From a virus (lineage: Duplodnaviria > Caudoviricetes), in IMG/VR virus record IMGVR_UViG_3300048063_000359, positions 1 through 26,375 of that record: a stretch of 26,375 nt of DNA; one strand, 5' to 3'. Position numbers and translations under genes: made by a program. Below the pieces are notes generated by a model. That model saw only the letters and a list, made by a program, of their open reading frames with translations, searched no databases and was not told where the DNA came from. Shown one piece after another: positions 15,501 through 22,616 of this stretch (positions within the stretch are counted from its first letter, which is position 1; every line of letters starts with the position of its first letter).

Positions 15501-17297
15501 TCACGCATAATTCGTGTTCCAATCGCTGTAAGCGTTCGGAACGTCGACAACGGTGCCGTCTGGCACATAGTTTCCAGATGTGGCGTCTTTTGATGTTCCT
15601 CTCTTGGGGTCCGTGCTTGATCCTCGTTTGCTGCTCATGTCGCGAGCCGGCACCGCGCCTGGGGCCGTTCGCTCGAAATAATCAAAGAATTTTTGCGAGC
15701 TGCCGATTGTGCCAGCGGTCACAGCCGCCACGGCTGCGTCGGGCTCATTGATAAAGATTGACGACAGGTCGAGCGCTTGCTCGATGCTCAGTTGGCCGTT
15801 TGAAATAAATGACCCCAGGGCTTGGCCGCCATTAACGCCAGCTTCTGCGAGGGCCTCCAGGTTCGTGGCTAGTCCAAGCTCAGAGATTTTATTGGCGATC
15901 TGTTCGGCTGTAACTCTGCTGTTGTTGCCCAGTAGGCCGTCCATGATTTCGCCGCCGCCATTTTGTAGCAAGGTCAACCCAGCCGTGAGCGCGCTAGTGC
16001 TTGGATCGCTGACCACACCAGCGGCAGTCGTTGCAAAGTTGATCGCGTTGGTCACGTCTACCGGCGCCCCAAAAGCCCCGGCCACCCCGCCCGCAACATC
16101 CATCACGTCATTGATTGTTAGCTGTCCGCCGCTGATCACGCTCTCCAGGGCCGGAAGTGCTGTTAGGTCGCTCAGGTTACTCAAAGCCGGAATGTTGAAA
16201 TGATCGCCAATCGCGCCGGTCAGCCCTGAAAGCCCTTGGAAAGTTGCGCCGATGCCTGAGAGTTTTAAGCCGCTTCCGCTTGTAATCCCATCAACCAACG
16301 TCACAGCGCCGTTGACGATGTTTGTCACGCCAGTAAAGCCCAGGCCGTTCATCACCTCGCCCAGCACTGGCAGGCCGCCAACAACGTTCATGGCCGCGCC
16401 AATCCCTGAAATGTTCAGGCCACCGGCCGCCGTCAGCAAACTGCCCAGGCCAGAAGAGCCCAGCACGTTGTTGGCCAAGCCAGACAAGCCGCCCAGCAAG
16501 CTGCCGCCGCCTGTCCCCATAACGCTAGCCAGCTGGCCCAGGGACAACGCCCCGCCGGCAACCGCACCAACTAAGCCGGCCACGATGCCAAGCACACCAC
16601 CACCGCCGTTCAGGTTTATCGGGTCGCCGACTAGGTCCAGGGAACTGGCACCCTCTCCATTCTTTTCAACGCCCATAATTCGGCCGCTTTGCAACAGCTG
16701 GCCCACGATGTGAACGTCTCCATCCAACTTGATCATCGGGGCTTTGACGTGGACAATCCCCTGCTCCTCATCAGCCTCTACATAGATATATTTTTCTGAA
16801 TGCAGCTGGATCAGTTCCTTGCCGTGGATCCGCGTTTGCTTTTGCTCGATCCGAAATTGATTGAGAGCTGGGTCGTTCTCAAGGATCGCGCCATCAGAAA
16901 AAAGCCAGCGCCAAACACCTTCGCGGGGTTCGCCCAAGCCGCCAAACTTAAAATCGAGATCCGAGAAATTAAACGGCCAAGTTCCGTTCTCATTCGTCTG
17001 CAGCGCAGGCAAAACCACAGCGTTGTTTAGCTCGCCTGAGGGGCTCAGAACTAAAACAGTTTCATCGATCGATGGCGCAGCCCAAAAAGCATTTCCACCC
17101 GCGCGCGGCGTTAGCCACGGCAGGTCGTCAGTGATGACAGTTTCCGAAAGCCTGACGCGACAAGTGCGCGCCGCAAATGCGACGCTTTCCACTTGCCCAA
17201 ATCGGAGCAGAGAGCCAATATTTCGGGCCGTATCTGTGAGCTCAAAATCCCCGACTCCTGAAGTCCTGCGGCTTGACCGTGGGACGGAAAAGCTCAT
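15501..17297 (-). CDS. Baseplate central spike (P2 gpV-like) with 368-aa Gly-rich hydrophobic C-terminal extension
   Basis: LLRFGQVESV..CRVR..LPWLTPRAG..WAAPSIDETVLVLSPSGELNNAVVLP is the gpV OB-fold. Start placed at ATG 17297 (TGATG overlap with the upstream stop), giving 598 aa. Confidence 0.88.
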   Translation of the reverse strand: MSFSVPRSSRRTSGVGDFELTDTARNIGSLLRFGQVESVAFAARTCRVRLSETVITDDLPWLTPRAGGNAFWAAPSIDETVLVLSPSGELNNAVVLPALQTNENGTWPFNFSDLDFKFGGLGEPREGVWRWLFSDGAILENDPALNQFRIEQKQTRIHGKELIQLHSEKYIYVEADEEQGIVHVKAPMIKLDGDVHIVGQLLQSGRIMGVEKNGEGASSLDLVGDPINLNGGGGVLGIVAGLVGAVAGGALSLGQLASVMGTGGGSLLGGLSGLANNVLGSSGLGSLLTAAGGLNISGIGAAMNVVGGLPVLGEVMNGLGFTGVTNIVNGAVTLVDGITSGSGLKLSGIGATFQGLSGLTGAIGDHFNIPALSNLSDLTALPALESVISGGQLTINDVMDVAGGVAGAFGAPVDVTNAINFATTAAGVVSDPSTSALTAGLTLLQNGGGEIMDGLLGNNSRVTAEQIANKISELGLATNLEALAEAGVNGGQALGSFISNGQLSIEQALDLSSIFINEPDAAVAAVTAGTIGSSQKFFDYFERTAPGAVPARDMSSKRGSSTDPKRGTSKDATSGNYVPDGTVVDVPNAYSDWNTNYA

Positions 17298-17608
17298 CAG
17301 GCTTTGGATTCTTCCACAGATGAAATCACCATGTATCGAACCGTGAGCGGAAGATCTCGGAGTTGTTCGACGGTCTTGGCTCCGGTGGTCTGCAGCCAAA
17401 CAGCGCAGTGCAAAAGCGCCATGGTTGAAAGATGGCTTTCTTTCAACTCTGTTTCAGCAAAAGCCGTGCAGACTTGCTGAGCAGCCTCGCAATAGGGAGC
17501 CAGCTTTTTGCCGTGTCCTTTTTCAAGGTGCATGAAGTCCGAAAGCTGCTGAGCTGAAATTTGAGCTTTCCCCGCTGCGGGTTCTTTTACTGCTGTCTTT
17601 TTTGCCAT
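17297..17608 (-). CDS. Hypothetical protein resembling HK97 gp6-type head-tail adaptor
   Basis: ISAQQLSDFMHL..YCEAAQQVC..MALLHCAVWL..DLPLTVRYMV follows the gp6 helical pattern; AGGAG RBS. Confidence 0.5.
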   Translation of the reverse strand: MAKKTAVKEPAAGKAQISAQQLSDFMHLEKGHGKKLAPYCEAAQQVCTAFAETELKESHLSTMALLHCAVWLQTTGAKTVEQLRDLPLTVRYMVISSVEESKA

Positions 17609-17619
17609 GGTTCGGTCTC

Positions 17620-18270
17620 CTAAAAGTCTTCGGGGTGGGTGTAGGTCTCAGTTCCGAAATTGTTTCGGACAACAACGGTTTGAACTTGAGGGTCCAGGCC
17701 GGTGTTGTTGATGCACGCATCGTCACGATCCCATAAGCCGAAATCGACCCCAAGGCGTGGACACATGTATTTTATCTCGAACGCTAGCTGGCCAACTGCG
17801 ATCGGTTGGGAGTTGTCAAACTCGCTCTCATATTCGGTCGAGGCCAAAAGCGCCTCGGTGTTATACAGGCCAAGCTCAAACCCGTTCATGCACGCTTCGA
17901 TAAAAAAACTCATTTCATCGAGCTTTTCCTCGGCCGATTGCCCAGGCGTAACCAAAACATACGGCTCAAAGCTCATGTCGATCTGCCGCAGATCGTAGCC
18001 ATCCCAGCCACTCTTGGACCGTTCCAAGATCCGCTCGCCTTGGTATCGGATCAAGATCAGCGGCATGTCTGTCATCTCAATCTGAACCTCTTTCCGTTGA
18101 AAGACGTTCGGCCCTGCCGGGGTCCAATACTTTTGATCTTCGACCTGGGCCAGCGGATTCACTGGCGTGCTAAGCCGGTTGTGGATCGCGTCCCTTATCG
18201 TCTTGCGCGGGTGAACTGTTGCGCCATAGAACCGTTGAGGAAACAGGCTTTGCGCCATTGATGAACTCAT
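17620..18270 (-). CDS. Putative tail terminator / tail completion protein
   Basis: HPRKTIRDAIHNRL..VF..R..MPLILIRY..E..LDEM..IE pattern, positioned after the head-tail joining gene. Confidence 0.6.
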   Translation of the reverse strand: MSSSMAQSLFPQRFYGATVHPRKTIRDAIHNRLSTPVNPLAQVEDQKYWTPAGPNVFQRKEVQIEMTDMPLILIRYQGERILERSKSGWDGYDLRQIDMSFEPYVLVTPGQSAEEKLDEMSFFIEACMNGFELGLYNTEALLASTEYESEFDNSQPIAVGQLAFEIKYMCPRLGVDFGLWDRDDACINNTGLDPQVQTVVVRNNFGTETYTHPEDF

Positions 18271-18282
18271 CCGCCGCGCTCC

Positions 18283-18612
18283 TTACAAATAGTTGTTCGT
18301 TTGCGCCAGATACATCAGCAGGACGATCCCGCCCTCGCCGTCTGGGCGTGTCTCGCGAACGATGAAAGTTCGGCCATCGGCAACCGTCACCCGGTCGTTT
18401 CCTGATGGCTCAATTGAAAGATCTGCGCTGTTAATCGTCAGCGTCGGGATTGCGCTTGTGACATTCAGCCCGGTGTCAACGTCCACCTCGGAATGAATCT
18501 CGCTAAAAATTCCTCGCAGCGAATAGCTGGAAGAGTCGCGGGACAGCGTGACGGGTTCCCCCAGTCGCGCTGTCGCCGCTTTCAGGATCCGGTTTGCCAG
18601 ATCCTGCCTCAT
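18283..18612 (-). CDS. Head-tail joining protein (lambda FII-like)
   Basis: 109 aa: LGEPVT..LRGIFS..PTL..DRVTV..F.V...PDGEGGIVLL; follows DUF2190. Confidence 0.78.
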   Translation of the reverse strand: MRQDLANRILKAATARLGEPVTLSRDSSSYSLRGIFSEIHSEVDVDTGLNVTSAIPTLTINSADLSIEPSGNDRVTVADGRTFIVRETRPDGEGGIVLLMYLAQTNNYL

Positions 18613-18935
18613 CAGGCCACCTTACGGCCAAACACTTTCACATCCACGGTGGTGGTGGTGAAGGCGGTCACCAAGCCAACAGCGTCGTTGCTGGTGGCGG
18701 TGTTTGTAAGCTTGCCTGAGGAATTCAGATAAGCCACATCACCCACCGCCAGAGTGGCGCCGGATGCTTTGGTTCCTGTAAACACGCCATAGCAAGCGAG
18801 GGCCACGCTGTCGCCGCTGGCTGCGTCAGTGACGGCAACGCCGACAAGATCGCCAACAACAACAAAGTCGCCGGATGCAATGGTCGCGCCTGCCGTGATG
18901 GTCAGGTTTGAGCCGTTTTGAACAAAGTTTTTCAT
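18612..18935 (-). CDS. DUF2190-family capsid cement/decoration protein
   Basis: MKNFVQNGSNLTITA..SGDFVVVGDLVGVA..GVF..K..GDVAY; directly after capsid; GAGGA RBS. Confidence 0.9.
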   Translation of the reverse strand: MKNFVQNGSNLTITAGATIASGDFVVVGDLVGVAVTDAASGDSVALACYGVFTGTKASGATLAVGDVAYLNSSGKLTNTATSNDAVGLVTAFTTTTVDVKVFGRKVA

Positions 18936-18953
18936 GGTTGAGATCCTCCTAGA

Positions 18954-20897
18954 TCAAGCGCCAGTGGACTTGTAGAAACCGCGATGGTTCAGCACAGAAG
19001 CGCCGAAATCGAGACGGGCCAGGATGGTGGTTCCATCAGGGTCGCGCTCGTCGAGGGTGGTGACCTGAGGGCCGGCCTCTCCTTCGAGATAGCCATAAAC
19101 CAGCATGTCGACCTGAGATGGGTCGGCGGTCACATAGTAGACAGAGCTCGAAGCATCATCCAAGCGAGGCTCGGCGATGATCTGCAGCTTGCCGCTAAAC
19201 GGATTCACGTTGCCGATCTGGGCAGGGGTGAACGGGGCCAGGAACTGCTCTGCGTCAGTCTCAAGCGCGGTGGGGATCACCAAGTATTTGGCGCCCAGGT
19301 TCACCCGGTTGCCAGCGAGGTCGGCTTGATTGCGAAGAGCAAAGCGAGCGTCTGAGATGGCATCCACCGAGATGGCGCCGGTTCCGCTGTTGTCGTGGTC
19401 AGCGTGGAAAAGTGCTTTGCTGTCTTCGCCCATGGTGGGGTTAGAAGTCAGAAGCGCCCACATCTGATTGGACTCAAACAGGCTCATGCCGCGACCGATC
19501 ATCTGGGGAATGCGGCTGAGCGCGTCCAGGTCGTCGTTGATGATCAGATTGCGAGTAACGCGAATTTTTTTCGCGTAGCTCTTCAGGCTCCAGCTGGTCT
19601 GAGCTTCGGAGATTGTGGCGGACTTGTATTCACCACCTTCTGCCAGCTCTTCGGGCACGATCTGGCCATTGACCTGGACCTCGTACACTGGGCGGAAGTC
19701 AGGCAGGTTGCGCTGACGTGCCAGGGGGCGCCATGTCTGGGCCTCTGCCTCATAAGCGCCTTGCAGCGACTTGCGGGCAATGTTGCTCAGCAACAGAGGG
19801 AAATCAGAAGTCGAGTGCATCGCGCGATGGGCGATTTCACTCTTAGACATTCCAACAACGTTGGCACCGGAGCGGCTGAGGCTTTCCTTGGCCATGTCAA
19901 GCATGGAGGAAGAACGCTCAGACTTGGCCTGATCGGTCCACTCGCCAAGACCCACGCGGGCCTCAAGAGCAGCCTCAAGGCAGGCTTGGCGCTTGTCGCT
20001 AGCGTCTTCGACGACAGAAACGTGCTGAACGGTCGGGGTTGCAGCTTGGCGTTGGGCCAGCTGATCAATCACAGATTTGCGAGCGGCGTCGATTTGAACG
20101 CCTTCGGTGATCATGCTTTCTGCCACAGCGTCATCGAGGCCAGCGGCCCGGACGCAATGACGGATGTCAACCGAGCGCTGGCGCTCGGCCTTGATTGCAG
20201 CCTCGATAGCTGCGGAATTATCGGGAGCAGTAGCAACAGCCTCGACGGGCGCCGCCTGCTCCATCTCACGGGTTTCGTCCATGTTTAATGGTTCCTTTTT
20301 TTCGGTCAGTGGTTCCTGAGCTGTTTCCAGCTCGCGGATTGATGCGGAAGCGTCCGCAGGAATGGGCACCAAACTGAGCTCATGCGGAGTCCAGCTAGTA
20401 GCCCGGAGAGTGTGAGGATCGCCCTCACGCTTGGAATCAATACGCTCGAATTCTTCGACGGAATAACCGACAGAGATTGAGCGAATGATCCCATTCTGAA
20501 CGTCGCGCCAGATGGGCTCGACCTCAGCACGATCAGAGAACCGCACAACAGCGCGGCCCTCCTTTTCGTCAGTCCAGGCGCGCTCGACAACGCCGACAAT
20601 GTCGGAGAGGTCGGCGGCCTTGTGGCTGTTGAGTAGGGGCGCCCCACTGTTGAGGCGCTCCATATTTACGGCGTCACCGAGTGACAGCTCCTCAAAATAG
20701 GAACCGCCAAGATTCCGACGCAAAACAGGCGCGCCCGTGGTCCATGTAACTTCAACGCTTCGCGTCTCAGCATCCACAGACGATGGGATGAATTGAGCTC
20801 TCGTTTGTAAAAGCTCGCTCATTCGCTCGTTTCTAACCGTTTGCATCTTATCTTCACTTGCTTGCGGTTGTTCCGCCGCAAGATTCTGATCATTCAT
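18954..20897 (-). CDS. Prohead protease - major capsid fusion protein
   Basis: N-terminal HK97-type protease (PLLNSH, SISVGY, ELSLVPIPAD), a linker/scaffold region, then capsid (HSTSDFPLLL, EGGEYK, IINDDL, YGYLEG..GP, RLDFG..RGFYK). Start is uncertain: ATG 20897 overlaps the portal stop, and ATG 20822 is also plausible. Confidence 0.92.
   Translation of the reverse strand: MNDQNLAAEQPQASEDKMQTVRNERMSELLQTRAQFIPSSVDAETRSVEVTWTTGAPVLRRNLGGSYFEELSLGDAVNMERLNSGAPLLNSHKAADLSDIVGVVERAWTDEKEGRAVVRFSDRAEVEPIWRDVQNGIIRSISVGYSVEEFERIDSKREGDPHTLRATSWTPHELSLVPIPADASASIRELETAQEPLTEKKEPLNMDETREMEQAAPVEAVATAPDNSAAIEAAIKAERQRSVDIRHCVRAAGLDDAVAESMITEGVQIDAARKSVIDQLAQRQAATPTVQHVSVVEDASDKRQACLEAALEARVGLGEWTDQAKSERSSSMLDMAKESLSRSGANVVGMSKSEIAHRAMHSTSDFPLLLSNIARKSLQGAYEAEAQTWRPLARQRNLPDFRPVYEVQVNGQIVPEELAEGGEYKSATISEAQTSWSLKSYAKKIRVTRNLIINDDLDALSRIPQMIGRGMSLFESNQMWALLTSNPTMGEDSKALFHADHDNSGTGAISVDAISDARFALRNQADLAGNRVNLGAKYLVIPTALETDAEQFLAPFTPAQIGNVNPFSGKLQIIAEPRLDDASSSVYYVTADPSQVDMLVYGYLEGEAGPQVTTLDERDPDGTTILARLDFGASVLNHRGFYKSTGA
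20839..20851 (-). promoter_or_regulatory. Putative late promoter motif ATAAGATGCAAAC
   Basis: Near-copy of the 11284-11296 motif, ending 16 nt before ATG 20822 and preceded by a 7-bp inverted repeat. Confidence 0.4.
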
Positions 20898-22362
20898 TGG
20901 TCTCAGTCTCCTGGGTTGGTTCCATCTGCAGCATTCCAGCCGCTGTGATCTTGCGGGGGTCTGTGTCAAGAATAAGCCCCAATTCGTCGAGCATGGCCGC
21001 ATCGCGGGCGATTTCAGCCATAACCTCTCCGGGTTCATATCCAGATCGGCGGATCGCTTCAGACAAACTCATGAGGCCACCGCGCACCGCCTCAATGATC
21101 GCGCCGACTTCCTTCTGAGGATCGATCAGCTCGCGACGGGCTGGGGTCCACTGCATCCGTATATCCATCGGCTGATCGCCGACAATCTCGGCGGCCTGCT
21201 TAAACCATCCCCAGACCGGCCCCAGCATTTGAGCGATAAGAATTTGCTTTTGCCAGCAATCAACATTTCGCGAAAATTCCAAGTGACCCATACGGGCCGC
21301 CGAATAATTTGCATTACTCAGATCTGAGGTGAGCGCTTCATAGGTCACGCCATAGCCTGCAGCGATCTGCAGAAGCATGGCCCGGCTGAAGCTGTCGAAC
21401 TCACCGACGCTGGGAGGGCTGGCAAACCTTACATCCTTACCAGCTGGCAGGATCTCGATGCTGCCAGGCTCCAGAGACTCAGCCAGCGGGGGCGCGCCGC
21501 CTGTGTCCTGGCTTTCGCTGTCGATCACAAATCCTGTGAAACATGCCGAGATTTTTTGCTTTAGCAGCTGCGCGTCTGAAAAATCGTCGAAATCTCTCAG
21601 CCGCGAAATCACTGGCGCGCCCCATGGGACGCCTCGCCCTTGCCCTGGACGATCGCGGCGATAAACCGCAATGATCTCATCAGCAGGAACCCGAACCGTC
21701 TCATATCGGTGAATAGACAGAACCCGATCGCCTGGGTGTTGCCGGTGCAGGTGATACGCCACGCGCTGATCGCGGGTGTCGTATTCAATCCCCTGCCGGA
21801 TGTAACCACCATCAGCGGTGAGCCCATCAGCTCGGGCGTCATCAATAAAATCAGGTTCTAAGACCTGCAGCTTGAGGGGAAAATCTGAGGTCGGATCGAT
21901 CCGCTTACGGATCAAACATTCACCGGCCTCGACGACAGTTCGGAACACAAGCGCCTGCAGTCCCCAGAAATCAGAGCGGCCGTCATGGTCGCAGTTCTCA
22001 GGGTTCCGTGCCCAGTCTTCCCAGGCTTGATTCCAACGCTGCGCGCGGCTGCGGCTGCGGCTGTTCACCTGGCCCAGCACACCGCCGCCAACGGTATTGT
22101 TGACCAAGACCTGGACGGCTCGCGCTGCAAAAGGATTGTTTCGCGTCAGATCTCGCGAACGATTCCTGAGCCGCTCCAGGCTGGGGCCTAGCGCTGCATC
22201 TGCAGAAGTGCTCGGCGTTCTCCAGCCTTCATTTCTGCGGCCACCCGCTGCGCCCTCATAGCGCCGGGCCTGATCCAGAGTGAGCCGAGCGCGTGCTCGC
22301 TTTGCCCCTGCCTCAGGGTTAAAAAAACTGATTACGTTGTCGAGTGCGTTTGCCTGGGTCAT
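20890..22362 (-). CDS. Portal protein, lambda family
   Basis: YEGA..GRR..W, LRNRSRDLTRNNP, LKLQVLEPD, IRQGIEYD, RPGQGRGVP, YEALTSDLSNANYSAARMG, IDPQKE. Confidence 0.97.
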   Translation of the reverse strand: MTQANALDNVISFFNPEAGAKRARARLTLDQARRYEGAAGGRRNEGWRTPSTSADAALGPSLERLRNRSRDLTRNNPFAARAVQVLVNNTVGGGVLGQVNSRSRSRAQRWNQAWEDWARNPENCDHDGRSDFWGLQALVFRTVVEAGECLIRKRIDPTSDFPLKLQVLEPDFIDDARADGLTADGGYIRQGIEYDTRDQRVAYHLHRQHPGDRVLSIHRYETVRVPADEIIAVYRRDRPGQGRGVPWGAPVISRLRDFDDFSDAQLLKQKISACFTGFVIDSESQDTGGAPPLAESLEPGSIEILPAGKDVRFASPPSVGEFDSFSRAMLLQIAAGYGVTYEALTSDLSNANYSAARMGHLEFSRNVDCWQKQILIAQMLGPVWGWFKQAAEIVGDQPMDIRMQWTPARRELIDPQKEVGAIIEAVRGGLMSLSEAIRRSGYEPGEVMAEIARDAAMLDELGLILDTDPRKITAAGMLQMEPTQETETNE

Positions 22363-22580
22363 GATCCCTCCACGTCGGAAGCGTCACGAGAGAATTTGAA
22401 GCGAACGCGGGCCGGGGCTGCGACGGTCTCGCCCAGGCGGCCACGAATTAAATTTCGCACGCGCAGCAATTCGTCAAGCGTTCTATATCGAATTTTTTTG
22501 TTGTCATATTCGACCTCTAGGAATCCACCGCCAATGGCTTCCTCTATGGCGTCCAGTCCTGCTTGAGAGAATAAACTCAT
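22359..22580 (-). CDS. Head-to-tail adaptor (lambda gpW-like)
   Basis: 73 aa: LDAIEEAIGGG..VEYDNKKIRYRTLDEL; located between TerL and portal. Confidence 0.88.
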   Translation of the reverse strand: MSLFSQAGLDAIEEAIGGGFLEVEYDNKKIRYRTLDELLRVRNLIRGRLGETVAAPARVRFKFSRDASDVEGS

Positions 22581-22593
22581 TTTACGGCGTCCC

Positions 22594-22607
22594 GTTTTGG
22601 CATCGTA
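22594..22607 (-). promoter_or_regulatory. Putative late promoter motif TACGATGCCAAAAC
   Basis: Lies in the 36-bp gap between TerL and the gpW-like gene; resembles the motifs at 11284 and 20839. Confidence 0.35.
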
Positions 22608-22616
22608 GCGTCGACC

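Noticed and set aside
1900-17297. T6SS, eCIS or tailocin interpretation (PAAR, spike, gp25, sheath, tube)
   Set aside because: The tail genes are contiguous with intact terminase, portal and capsid genes, and no T6SS membrane complex, ClpV or eCIS ATPase is visible. This is a phage tail.
17298-17399. Longer N-terminus for the spike (ORF track start 17399)
   Set aside because: It would overlap the upstream gene by about 100 nt, whereas ATG 17297 gives a clean TGATG coupling.
19395-20288. 297-aa plus-strand ORF and the many other plus-strand ORFs
   Set aside because: All are antisense to well-supported minus-strand genes and lack recognisable motifs, as expected for shadows in GC-rich coding DNA.
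20898-21038. Longer N-terminus for the protease-capsid (ORF track start 21038)
   Set aside because: It lies inside the portal gene and shows no protease similarity. ATG 20897 or 20822 fit better.
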